Translations under genes and position numbers: made by a program
DNA from: Scyliorhinus canicula
Taxonomy: Eukaryota
NCBI RefSeq assembly: GCF_902713615.1
Contig: NC_052163.1
Location: 53,120,878 to 53,184,877, forward strand
DNA length: 64,000 nucleotides
Direction of reading: 5' to 3'
Shown: one piece after another, positions 1 through 12,028 of the stretch
Numbering within the stretch: the stretch's first letter is position 1
Layout of the letters: every line of letters begins with the position of its first letter
The notes under the pieces: generated by a model
Seen by the model: the letters and a program-made list of their open reading frames with translations, nothing else
Database searches by the model: none
What the model was told of the DNA's origin: nothing

Positions 1-1578
1 AGATACTGTTGAACCAAGCTGAGACCCTTGGGTGAAACTGGTTGTGGAGAAAGGAGCAATGATCAGAACTGGCCATGGCTTCAATGTAGAGCAAGGTAGG
101 AGAGTGACTATCTCCACAGTGAAGTAAATTTAAAAAAGGTAAACACCAGTTGCAGCCTCCAGCAGCCTCTTTAGGGGCTGCTGGACATAGTGCCAAGTGC
201 CTGAGGGAACTAACTACAACAAAGCAGATTTTGCAAGGGGGCTTTTAGGCCCTCACTTGGACATTTGAAGAAAGCAGGTAATAGAACTGCAGTAGAATAA
301 ACATGCTCATCGCCTAAAATATTGGGGTCTTAAGTCTCTCTTTTTTAAAAACTATAATCCAGGCGCAACATGGTCCAATTTCTCGGTCCCTGAGGTAGTG
401 ATGCTGAGGCATATTAATGCAAATTCTGCGAGTGCTGAAATTAAAATAAAAACAGAAAATGCTGGAAATAACCAGCAGCTCAGCACCATCTATGGGTAAT
501 CAGTGGAAGATGTTTCAAATCCATTAAACAATAGATGATTGGTCTAAACCATGGGGCTGGATTTTAGCTCCAAGATTCCAATCCTGATGCTAGGCCGATA
601 TTCTGGAGTAGACACGGTGGTACTTTGGAGTAGAGTTTCAAAGAAACGACCAATTAAGGGGGTGCACCTGGGCCTCCTGTCCAATTGGGGACTTTGGTCG
701 GGCCCCACAAACACAGGGGCCAATGGGAGCATAAAGGGCTCTGGACAGTTGGCAACCCCACCAGTTGAGATGGAAGCTGGTGATGTCGTCCTCTTCTTTG
801 CTGGTCACAAGATTGGCACAAGTCTAACTAGCATGATTGTCCACCTAAGCCACTCCGTGTTACTGGCATGGCTTTTGTTGATCCTTGAGTGGCTGATGAG
901 CCCGATCCTCGAGCTGCATCTTCGACCGCACATTTGGCAGGTATTTCTGGAAGTTGGGATTGAACCTTGGAACCTGGGTCACTGGCATTCCTTTCTCGGG
1001 CTCTTTTTTTCAGGGCTCCTCTTGCTGTCGATGATGTCGATGGGAAAACGAGGGGGGTATCATCTAACAACTCCTTAAAAAAAATTCAAATAAAATGTGG
1101 CCACAATTGCATTGTGGAGGAGTGACCTCTGGCAACTGCCATACTGAGGGTTGGAGGAATTAAAATTTGCATTACTGACCCGCAACTCTGTCGCCGAAAG
1201 ACTTCCTCCATCCACCTGCCATGCTTCAGGTCTGGGAATTCCAACCGGTGTGTGATCAATGTCTTAAAAGGCACTTTAGCCAGATTTAGTTCCTATTCGC
1301 TGCTGACAGTAGGGTTGCCGGCTTCCCCACCCGCCGCGCCCCTCTCAGAAGCAGCCTCACTAAAAATAGAATAGCGTGAGAACACGCTGCCAAACTGACA
1401 TGACAGCTAGTCGTGCGAAATGCCGGCATACCCGTCACCAAAAATCACCGCCTTCACAGAATGAAAATCTAAACCAACGTTTCTCTTTTTTTATAGATGC
1501 TGCCAATCTGCTGAGAATTTCCAACACTTTTTCTCTTTTTATTACAGCTGTCATTACAGCTTGCTGACTTTTCAAGTG

Positions 1579-1893
1579 TGGTACGGCGGCACAGTGGTTA
1601 ACACTGCCGCCTCACAGCACCAGGGATCCGGGTTCAATTCCGGCTTTGGGTGACTGTCTGTGTGGAGTTTACACGTTCTCCCCGCGCCTGCGTGGCTTTC
1701 TTCCGGGTGCACCCGTTTTGTCCCACAGTCCAGGGATGTGCAGGTTAGCTAAATTGGCCATGACCAATGTGAGGGGTTGCAGGGGTGGGGCAGGGGAGTG
1801 GGCCTCGGTAGGGTGCTCGTTCAGAGGGTCGGTGGGGGCCCGATGGACCAAACAGCCTCCTTCGCCACTGTGGGGATTCTATGATTCTATGAT
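1579..1893 (+). mobile_element. HE1-like V-SINE
   Basis: tRNA-like head (A box GGCACAGTGG, B box GGTTCAATTCC), V core cccacagtcc...gatgtgcaggttag, CR1-like tail ending (ATTCTATG)n. Confidence 0.88.
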
Positions 1894-2451
1894 TACTGGG
1901 AACACAATTGAATAATTTATTGACTGTATTCCATATCTGATTGGCTTAACTTCATTCATAAAGGTCCTCATTGAGGTGCTAAAGTTTGCACAGGATTATC
2001 TTCATTCAAATTGTTTCAGATTGGAGTCTCAAATCTGAAGTAAATGGCAGGAATAATCTTGATTTTACGTTTTCAGTTCCATCCCGCTTTAATTTTCCAA
2101 AACTCAGCAAGAATCAACCTTAATTTTCACACATTCTAAAGCCTTCCTTTTTGCAATTTTCCATTTGCTTTCAACATGATGCTTCATGGTTGCAAAATGG
2201 TCATCTTGACCATTCTTCCATCAGAATGGTCATTAAAATATGCAGGTGTTTTCTGAACAAACAGGTTAGTTTTATTCAAATACTTTTAATACAGCTGAGC
2301 ATAATCAATATTACTTCATTCATCCCAGTCACCTGGACAATCCAAGTTACAGACTTGCAAGGTCTTGAACAAAGTTTCCAAAAAACCAGTGGTGCAGTTT
2401 GAATCAGTGAGATAGAGAGGAGAAAAATCATAGAATAATAGACTCATCACG

Positions 2452-2789
2452 GAATCATAGATTTAACAGTGCAGAAGGAGACCATTCAGTCCATCAAGTC
2501 TGCACTGGCCCTTGGAAAGGGCACCCTACCCAAGCCCACACCTCCACCCTCCCAGAACCCAGTAACCGCACCCAATCTTTTTGAACACTAAGGGCAGTTT
2601 AGCATGGCCAATCCACCTAACCTGCACATCTTTGGACTGTGGGAGGAAACCGGAGCACCTAGAGGAATCCCACGCAGACACTGGGAGAACGTGCAGACTC
2701 CGCAGAGACAGTGACTCAAGCCGAGAATCGAACCTGGGACCCTGGATCTGCGAAGCAACAGTGCTAACCACTGTGCTACCATGCTGCCC
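2452..2789 (-). mobile_element. HE1-like V-SINE
   Basis: Reverse complement of the head, V core and CR1-type tail. Confidence 0.92.
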
Positions 2790-3068
2790 TCAATCCACCC
2801 GGCAAGGCTGCCAAAAAATTTCGGAATGTGCAATTTTGACAAGCTGGGGCAGTAGGCAACATCTAAATGTGTTCAGCCTTCACCTTAATAGATCTGTTGA
2901 AATGAACAATTTAAAGCTCTATTGCGTTAAAGGAGAGATTACAGAAGAGGATTGCCGTGAATAAAAGATGTGTTCAGAAATGGCAGTTGCAAGAGCATAA
3001 GCAATGCAACCGTAGAAGCCAACACATAAATACTTATCAATTCTTTTCTCTCCCCTAGTCTCTCAATG

Positions 3069-3380
3069 CAGGTCGAGTATCTTTTACCGAAACCTTTGGA
3101 GACCATTGCGTTTCGGTATTCAGATATTTTCAGTTTTCTGACCTATTGTTTACAAGGTAGGCCTACTTACACTACAATAACCTAAACCTAGGCTAGCTAT
3201 AATCTACAAATACTAGGTTGTTTCTCCATTTGCCAGGTTCATGTCAGCTCAAGTCACAGACTTCCCAGGGAAAAGATAGGCGACGTTGGTGTTGGCTCAC
3301 ATTAGGATCCATTCAAAAGATAATTCCATTTTTTTGATGTGTTCAATTTTCAGATGTACAAATAAAGGATACTCTACCTG
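3069..3380. mobile_element. Tigger/pogo-type MITE (resembles Tigger4/Zombi termini)
   Basis: Imperfect TIR CAGGTCGAGTATCTTTTA ... TAAAGGATACTCTACCTG, flanked by TG / TA (decayed TA TSD). Confidence 0.75.
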
Positions 3381-3517
3381 TATATCAATTCTGATAAAGT
3401 AGAGATTATTTACTCCTGAATAACCTTTTCTAATGAACTGGAGAACTGTCAGAAACAGATCACCTCCGATAGCAGATTGTCACCACCCTTTGGGAGTGAA
3501 TGCACCAGGCTTGATTT

Positions 3518-3840
3518 GCAGAACGGTAGCATGGTGGTTAGCATAAATGCTTCACAGCTCCAGGGTCCCAGGTTCAATTCCCGGCTGGGTCACTGTCTGT
3601 GTGGAGTCTGCACGTCCTCCCCGTGTGTGCGTGGGTTTCCTCCGGGTGCTCCGGTTTCCTCCCACAGTCCAACGATGTGCGGGTTAGGTGGATTGGCCAT
3701 GCTAAATTGCCCGTAGTGTCCTAAAAAGTAAGATTAAGGGGTTGTTGGGTTACGGGTATAGGGTGGATACGTGGGTTTGAGTAGGGTGATCATTGCTCGG
3801 CACAACATCAAGGGCCTGTTCTGTGCTGTTCTGTTCTATA
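3518..3840 (+). mobile_element. HE1-like V-SINE, subfamily with cggcacaacatc...ctgttctat tail
   Basis: Same head and core as other copies. The tail matches the CR1 3' ends at 18547-18612 and 12029-12090. Confidence 0.92.
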
Positions 3841-5249
3841 GAACAGAGAGGTTGCAAAACTCTTTTAAAGCTGTTTTACTGGCTCTGACAGTGAATGTGT
3901 TGGTCTCCCTTGCTGATAGTTTAAAGCCTCAAACTTATTTTCAAAAGATTGCACATTTGTTTGGTTAATATTGCATATATCTTGTATCATGGGGTGATAA
4001 ATAAAATCAAATCAAATATGGTGACCCAATAAATTTGCCCCAGCATGGAAATCTTGTTGAACAACTCTGAACTGATGTCATCCACAAGTGGATTTTTGTG
4101 ACTTTATCACAGGACATGTTGGTAAATAATAGGTAAGAGCATGCTTTGTAACACCGCGAGGGTGGCAATATATATGCTAAAAGTAAATATTGAACTGTAC
4201 TCTTTCATATAGAGCAGACATGCAGTCAATATTTTTTTAACCAAATTTATGATTTTACATCTGTTACAGTATTTCTGCAGGAATTGTGCTAGAAGGACAA
4301 TAGGTCAGCATCTAACATGTTAAAAATATAATAAAAGTTCAGAAAACAAATGAACTGATCATGTAAATCTGTTATGCTTAGATCTGTAGCCAAATAAACA
4401 CCACCAAGGCCATTCTCTGACCTTTGATGAACATGGCAGGGTGTGAACAGACTGTCAGAACCTTCAGCAGGGAGTTATTTATCTGAAGAGCTTTACTTAA
4501 GAAGAAATGTTTCTGTACGAACTGAACAAGGTCTTGTACGACATAACCCAACTATATAGCAAGGAACAAGAGCAAAATCTCATTTCAAAGTCAAATGCCA
4601 AGTTAAACAGGTTAAGCGTCAAATTCAATTTGTGAATATAACACTTGCAGATCCAACAGTCACCGAATGACTTTCTATTTACGAATTATGGTGTAAACAG
4701 GGATGAACATCTGTGGTGTCAGTCATCTATTAGAAAGTATCTAACTGGCATCTTGTAGAGCACGTGTTACATTGCACATTTCCAAAGTCAAAGTGTATGA
4801 AATTTAAATGATCCAAATATGAAAATAAATACCCCTGAGGAGGAGAACTCAGAAAATGGGATTGAAAATCTCTTCTGACATTACACCTCAAACTGTTATA
4901 TATTCATCGGTCAAACTCTGAGCATGTCTGTTACAAACTCAGCCACTCGGGAATTGTTTGTGTTTTCCACTGGATCTAAAGGGATTTAATAAAACACACA
5001 ACAAGGTACTGGGAGAAAATCATATTCATTCCTATCACTGGATTATAACTCACTATATCATCAGCATACTGGATGCTTACCAAAAGATGACTAAGGGAGC
5101 TGACTTGTGCCAATCTTGTGCCCATCTCTCAATCAGCTGTAAATTACCTCCAGATTAACAAAGATTCTGGTAAACAAACCCCTCCCTCATTCTCCCACAA
5201 GATTGAAAGGAAATCCAATATAATAATTTACTCGTCCAAAATTGGTGAG

Positions 5250-6310
5250 TTGCTGCAGTGCCTCTTGTAGATGGTGCACACTGCTACCACTGTGAGTTGG
5301 TGATGGGGAGACTGGGCTGCTTTGTCTGGAATGGTGTCAAGCTCCTTGAATGTTATTGGAGTTGCACTCATCCAGGCATGTGGAGAGTATTCCATCACAT
5401 CTTGTAGATGGCGGGCAGGCTCTGGGAAGTCAGGAGGTGAGTTTGCCTCAGAATTCGCAGCCTCTGACTTGCTATTGTAGCCACAGTATTTATATGATGG
5501 GTCCAGTTCAATTTATTGCTAATGGTATTCCTCAGGATGTTGAAAGTGGGGGATTTAGCGATGGTAATGCCATTGCATATCAAGGGGAGATGATTATTGC
5601 TGGCACTTGTGTGATACATTGCTACTTGCCACTTTATCAGCCCAATCCTGAATGTTGTCCAGGTCTTGTTGTATATGGACACAGACTGCTTCAGTATCTG
5701 AGGAGTTGCGAATGTTACTGAACCTTGCATAATTATCAGCTTCATCTTCCAGTTATTTGTTTAACTGCCCACCATCATTCACGATTGGATGTGGCTGGAC
5801 TGCAGAGCTTTGATTTGAGCTAGATAAAAGCAAATTACGGCGGATGCTGGAATCTGAAACAAAAACAGAAAATACTGGACAATCTCAGCAGGTCTGACAG
5901 CATCTGTGAAGAGAGAAGGGAGCTAATGTTTTGAGTCTGGATGACTCCGTCAAAGCTCTAATCTGAGCCATTGGTTGTAGGATTATCTCTGACTTTCACA
6001 TGTTACTTCCACTATTTGAAATGCAAGTAGTCTTGTGTTATGTCCTCACTCTGCTGACCTCATTTTTAAAGTTTGCTGATGCTGGTCCTGAGGTGTCCTT
6101 TTGCACTCTTCATTGATCCCCTGCCTCAATGTTAATTGTAGAGGGATATGCTGGACTACAAGGTTGCTGATTGTGATTGAATACAATTCTGTTGTTGCTG
6201 ATTGCCCACAGTCTCATGGATGCCCAGTTTTGAGCTACTGGATGTGTTTGAAGTAATAATGTCAGACAGCACGCTGGAGGGTATCCTCAATGTGAAGAGG
6301 AAACTTTGGT
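5250..6310 (-). mobile_element. Degenerate L2/CR1-group LINE RT remnant, interrupted at 5825-5958
   Basis: ORF 5395..5745 LNWTHHINTVATIASQRLRILR...SLPAIYK is a typical post-RT region of L2/CR1-group LINEs. Confidence 0.7.
5825..5958 (-). repeat. Penelope-like terminal repeat (cagatgctgNcagacctgctgag family) with a hammerhead-like remnant
   Basis: Near reverse complement of 62156-62292. Other copies at about 415-520, 1470-1545, 25099-25640, 35267-35390, 35810-35912, 42965-43095, 57415-57491 and 58265-58375. Confidence 0.65.
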
Positions 6311-7060
6311 TCGTAAATTCCTCAGAGTGGCAATCTCTGGCAGATTGCCACTCTTGATGGACTACCCCACCTTCAGACGACAGAACCCCTGTTTTGCCCA
6401 ACACTCAGAGCTGGGTGTGAGAACCGCAACAGTGAAGCGCAGCCCCGACTACATTGGCATGGAGTGATTGGGGCGCAGAGAGGTAAGAAAAGCCCCTGTT
6501 TTACAGCATCAGCTGCTACAAAGGAGGTGTTTAAAGGGACAATTTAGACGGAAAAGGTAGATTTCAATGGTAGACCGGGGAGTAAGGGGGGCCAGGTTGG
6601 GTCGGACAGAGAAGGGAGGGGTGTGGGACCAAGAGAAGGGAGGGGTGTCGGACTAGGAGAAGGAGTGGGGCTCTCGGGCCAGGGAAAGCGGTGGGGGGGG
6701 TGGGGGGGGGGGGGTAGCGGTCGGATTTGGAGGGGCACTGGTCCAGGAAGCATGGGGTGGTCATGAGGGGAGGGGCAGAAAGGGCAGAGAGAAGGTTGGG
6801 TGGGTCAAGGGGGGGGGGGGGGTCAGATGACACATTGTCTTTTACTTTTCCGTAGCCATTTGGTACCTGATTATTGTGAATCTGGAGTCCTTTGTAGGCC
6901 AGACCAGGTAAGAATGGCAGATTTTCTTCCCAAAAGGTGATCCAGATGTTTTGTTTCACGACAATCAATGATAATTTCATGTTGCGTTTAGTAAGACTTA
7001 AAAAAAGATTTTAAAAATCTGGAATTATGTAATTGAATTGAAATTCCATCAGCTGCCATG

Positions 7061-7244
7061 GCAGATTAGGTGGATTGGCCATGATAAATTGCCCATAGTG
7101 TCCAAAATTGCCCTTAGTGTTGGGTGGGGTTACTGGGTTATGGGGATAGGGTGGAGGTGTTGACCTTGGGTAGGGTGCTCTATCCAAGAGCCGGTGCAGA
7201 CTCGATGGGCCGAATGGCCTCCTTCTGCACTGTAAATTCTATGA
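7061..7244 (+). mobile_element. 5'-truncated HE1-like SINE inside an older minus-strand tRNA SINE (about 6880-7320)
   Basis: 3' half is nearly identical to 8857-9037. The flanks resemble the SINE at 25665-26010. Confidence 0.85.
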
Positions 7245-7417
7245 TATGATGTGAAACAATGTCCCATGGGTATTGACCTTGGCCTCTGGATTACTTGTCC
7301 AGTAACAACACCACTGTGCAGCTGTCCCTCCACTCTCCAAGAGCAAGGGCAATAGACCATGGGAACACCGCCACCTGCAAGTTCCCCTCCAAGTCACACC
7401 ATCTTGCCTTGGAAATA

Positions 7418-8077
7418 CAGTAGTCCCCCGTTATACCGTGCTCCGCGGTTCGCGATATACGGCGGGGGGGGGGGGCTTATGGACCCCAACTGTCAGCTTC
7501 CCTCTCCGGATCAAAGTGAGCCGGCCGCTGAAATTGACACTGCCGGCTGATTGGAGGGAGAGCAGCCGGCAGTGTCAACTTCAGCGGCCGGCTGATTGTT
7601 TCAGTGAGAGAGCAGCTTCCCTCTCCGGATCAAAGTGAGCCGGCTGCTGAAATTGACACTGCCGGCTGCTCTCTCCCTCCAATCAGCCGGCAGCGTCAAT
7701 TTCAGCGGCCGGCTCACTTTGATCCGGAGAGGGAAACTGCTCTCTCACTGAAACAATCAGCCGGCCGCTGAAATTGACACTGCCGGCTGCTCTCTCCCTC
7801 CAATCCAACTTTTAAGTTGTTAAAAATGCAGCAGTGCTTGTTTTAATTAGATCCACGATGGGGGTTTTAAATTTATTTAAAAATCTATGCATGCGCTTCC
7901 CATTGTGAGTCTATGGGGGTCTGACCTCTCCCCCCGCCCCCCGTAGACTCACAATGGGAAGCGCATGCATAGATTTTTAAATAAATTTAAAACCCCCATC
8001 GTGGATATCCGCGGCTCGGATGCAACGCGGGTGGCTGTCTTGGACCCCAACACCCGCGTTATAAAGGGGGACTACTG
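7418..8077. mobile_element. Young Tc1/mariner-pogo-type MITE with internal palindromes
   Basis: TIR CAGTAGTCCCCCGTTATA ... TATAAAGGGGGACTACTG with TA TSD (7416-17, 8078-79). Inserted in a LINE 3' remnant (ttggaaaTA|tatcaccgttcc). Confidence 0.92.
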
Positions 8078-8368
8078 TATATCACCGTTCCTTCTCTGTC
8101 GCTAGATCAAAACCTGGAACTCCCTCCTTGTGGGTGCATAACAATACATGGACTGCAGTAATTCAAGAAGGCATGTCACTACCCTCTTCTCAGAACAACA
8201 AGGAATGGCCAATATATTGTGCTCTTGCCAGAACGGCCCACATCCCACAAACAACTAAAATAGAATGTGGGAAAGCAGACCGATGTACACCAGGGCGGGC
8301 GCACACAGTACAACTTTACACACCAACTGAAATCACAAACATAGCTCATATTGGCCATTGAAGGTAGT

Positions 8369-8554
8369 GGCCAGAATTCTCTGGTCATTGGGATTTTCTG
8401 TTCCCACCGGCAGCACACCACCTCCCACGGGTTTCCCCATGGCATGTCTTCAATGGGAAATTCCACTGACAAGCAGCGGGAGTAGAGAATCATGCTGCCA
8501 GTGAATGGCGCACCACTGAGATACATGTGGGTGGGGGACCGGAGAACCGAGCCC
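8369..8554. mobile_element. Small PIF/Harbinger-type MITE
   Basis: GGCCAGAATTCTC ... GAGAACCGAGCCC with 3-bp TSD AGT. Homologous copies near 62700 and 63300. Confidence 0.78.
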
Positions 8555-8693
8555 AGTGCCTCTAGCCTCTACAATGTAGCATCCGATGTGGCCTTTGCTA
8601 ACGAAACCATTGGTGAAATTCAATTTCCTTATTTATATCTGTTGAAATTATGGCAATATTGCTGTACTATACCACTGAAGGTTGTTTTTAGAA

Positions 8694-9037
8694 GGGCAGC
8701 ACTGTAGCATTGTGGATAGCACAATTGCTTCACAGCTCCAGGGTCCCAGGTTCGATTCCGGCTTGGGTCACTGTCTGTGCGGAGCCTGCACATCCTCCCC
8801 ATGTATGCGTGGGTTTCCTCCGGGTGCTCCGGTTTCCTCCCACAGTCCAAAGATGTGCAGGTTATGTGGAGTGGCCATGATAAATTGCCCTTAGTGTCCA
8901 ATCTTGCCCTCAGTGTTGGGTGGGATTACTGGGTATGGGGATAGGGTGGAGGTGTTGACCTTGGGTAAGATGCTCTTTCCAAGAGCCGGTGCAGACTCGA
9001 TGGGCCGAATGGCCTCCTTCTGCACTGTAAATTCTAT
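8694..9037 (+). mobile_element. Full-length HE1-like V-SINE
   Basis: gggcagcac...GGTTCGATTCC...V core...gatgggccgaatggcctccttctgcactgtaaattctat. Confidence 0.93.
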
Positions 9038-10277
9038 TAAATGGTAATTAGGATCATTGAGATTACTGCAACATCTGCAATAATTTCAAAAGAGGAAGCA
9101 GAGTGAGATTCAGTATCGTAGTTTTGTGTCTCCCATTCCTTGGATGTGTAGCAGATCCCTGAGAAGGGTTCACTCACTCTAACTTAGTGAGACCTTTGCA
9201 CTGTTTGATACTTCAGTGAGCCAGCTGCCTATTTGAGGTGTCCTTCAGTAGTTATAAACACCTAACTTGGAACTGATTCCTAAACATGTTCTAAACATTC
9301 ACAAATGTTGGGAGAGCAACACGCTGGACAGAATGATACCTTCAGCCCAATAGCTGCCATGGGAAGAGTTTCCGGTTGCACATATTGAAATGAATGGCAT
9401 GTAATGGAGGCCCAAGTGGGCAGGGTGAGGAGCAGAGACACCAGGTTGCCCTCCTTCTCACCAGGCCAGGGAAGGGGATGGGTCAGTAAATAGATCCCCT
9501 GTCGGCACTCAGTAAGGGAACATGTGTAAATTGGAAACTCTGGAAATTGGGAAGCAAAGTAAATAATAATAAATTAGGAAAACGAAATAAGCCATCACCA
9601 AGGTTGTCATGTTTACAAGTCAGTTCACTTGACGATTCCATATGGTGATGATTCAGATGCCGGAGATCAACCGTTAGTCCTGCAGTCTGTTTACTAAACC
9701 AGTGTGACCCCCATACACATGCAGAGAATCAGAAACATTCATTCACAAATGTTTACTTCGTCATAATATTGCTTCCTGAAATGCTACAGTGCAATGCTGA
9801 AGATCCGTTCAGATGAAGTGTAGACAGCTAATGAGGACAAGGTGATTTTTTTTCTGAAACTGAAGGATGGCTCAGACATCTGGAAAACCAGAATTCCTGC
9901 ACAACTTAGGTGATTTTCAGGAATGTTGTAAAATGCCATTGCCATTCAACAGGGATATGACAGGAACATGGGCATTGATATTGCATTGCCCATTACATTT
10001 CTGAAATGTAATGAAGTGGCCTGCTGTTCGGTCGTAACATTTTGAGTTTGAAATCAACGGGCAAACAAATTGGTCTATTTGCTTTCATTTGGGGTAAATA
10101 TTTATTGCAGGAACTTTTTTTTTATTAAACAAGGACTTTTCCTCCAAGGAGCAAGGCAATGACAACGATAAATTTCCAATCTGGGAAATATCTATCTGGT
10201 CACTCGCCATTTTAGTATTCAGGCTAGCACTTTGTACAGTTTGAACAAGTTGACCTGAATTTTCTGGCTCCTCCCGT

Positions 10278-10278
<1 letters not shown>

Positions 10279-10316
<38 letters not shown>

Positions 10317-10326
10317 CGGGGGGGGG
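10279..10326 (+). repeat. Poly-G tract (G38-C-G9) inside a small MITE
   Basis: Read directly. The surrounding sequence has gaattttc / gaaaattctgccc inverted ends. Confidence 0.9.
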
Positions 10327-12028
10327 CCTTCCTGTTCCGCTGAAGTGAATGGATGTTTGAAAGGACAGCCGCATTTTTTTCCAGTCCTGCCCCACCGTGA
10401 CGGGACTGGAAAATTCTGCCCAGCAGCCTTTTCCTGTTCAAAAGAAAAAGTCTTAATACTTCACAATATGGCGATCCTATCTTGGGTTTGATTTGCCATT
10501 TGTTAGACTGAGATAAAGGGCAATTGGAGCTGGCGTTGAGCCAAGCAAATGCCAGCGTGTCTTAACCGATGGCAACCTCCAAAATGATTGGTGACAGCAA
10601 CAAAGTGGCAGCAATTAACTCTGCAAAATATTTTGAAGGAAGGAAATTTAGATGAACATGAGAAGAACAGAATAGACTATGACACTATCAAATTGAAATC
10701 AGTAGGAGAGAGAAAAACATAGGGAGAAAGCCAATAGACAAAGTACAATTCCATTACTTACACCTCTTTCTCAATTCTGAATCCGTCATTTTGCAGATTA
10801 TTAAGAGTCAAAGAAAACAAACTGAAATCAGCTCAGAGGAACATGACTGATTTTTCATCTGGCTGTCTCTTTTGTCTTCATTTCTCGCCCATGGTTGAAA
10901 TTTGTTGTTATACATTTAGTTTTTTCCAAGCCCTGCACCATTTCACAACTAATAACCCAACATAGGCTGGAATAATTGTACGTCTCCAATTTGTGACAAA
11001 TGTAGCTCTAAATTATAATATGGTTACCATGTCAAGATTCACTTCAAAGTGTTTGTGACAATGTAGTTCTGTACTGAAGCCTGTTAAGAGGTGAGAATGG
11101 TTCATGAAATGTGATGCCTATCTCTCGGTAAAAGGGGTCCTGAACTTGGTGAACGTTTTTATTGTTGGTACTTTTTGTAGGGGTGTTAACACAATGCTTA
11201 TCAACCCACAAGTTATGAAAGTAAAGTTAAAGGTTGGCGAGGGGACTGGGGTGGAGGGGAGCATGTGGGGATTCCTGGAATATTGCCCCAGGGAAGATAA
11301 AAAGGCAGAACCACCCAAACGTGGCACCTCTGCCCACCTGTCCCATGCTAATTAGATGCCATCCCATTGATTCCACAAGCGCTGCCAGGGGAAGTACCCG
11401 AGGGCATCATTGGATGCAATCCTAGGCTAAGCAGCCAAGAAATTTTTGGATGCATGTTTGTAGCAATATCGCAGCATTTGTATCTCTGCACCGAGTTGGT
11501 AAATGTATTGCAATAACTTTGTAGGCTTTTAGGGGTTAACAAAATTAAACTGAAATCGGCTCAGAGGAAGCTGACACATTCTTTGTCTAGTCGCATTTTG
11601 TTTCTTTCTTTCTTCCCTTTTCTTCTTTTTCCACCCATGTTTGAAAATTGTTTTTCTACCTTTTGGTTTTTCCAAGCCTTGCACTGTTTCTTAGCCAATA
11701 GGGATTTAAAAAAATCTCCTATGCCAGCGTTTTGAAGTTGGGGCAGGAACACCTTAGCCAATCCTCAGCTAAATTTTCATTTTTTCTTCCATTGTGAAGA
11801 AACAAGCAGAGGCTCACTACCTACTCAAAAAATATCCAAGACCAGAACCTCGTAATGCAGAAAGGAATCGACAAACAAACGTCTGGTGCAGAGATTTCAT
11901 TCAAAAATCTTGATCAGGATTCATCAGACCATGTTTGTGTTCACGAGTATTGTGTTCAGTTTTTGTCTCCTTACCTGAGAAAGAACGTACTGGCGCTGGA
12001 GGGTGTACAGAGGAGATTCACTAGGTTA

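Noticed and set aside
650-659. CArG boxes CC(A/T)6GG (650-659, 28416-28425, 32586-32595, 61319-61328) as SRF/myocardin autoregulatory sites
   Set aside because: All appear to lie inside repeat-derived sequence, and a few matches are expected by chance in 64 kb.
1360-1369. Perfect MEF2 site CTAAAAATAG
   Set aside because: Isolated motif near the end of a probable transposon remnant, with no supporting context.
551-1400. 175-aa ORF and possible Harbinger transposase remnant
   Set aside because: It starts with a Harbinger-like GGGCTGGATTT end, but I could not read convincing DDE or Myb motifs, so it is left uncalled.
7493-7805. Repeat-linker pattern superficially like a CRISPR array
   Set aside because: Units alternate in orientation, linkers are reused rather than unique, the array is inside a TA-flanked MITE in a vertebrate intron, and there are no cas genes.
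8694-8770. tRNA-like A/B-box segments at SINE 5' ends
   Set aside because: Each is followed by SINE core and tail sequence. They are SINE heads, not tRNA genes.
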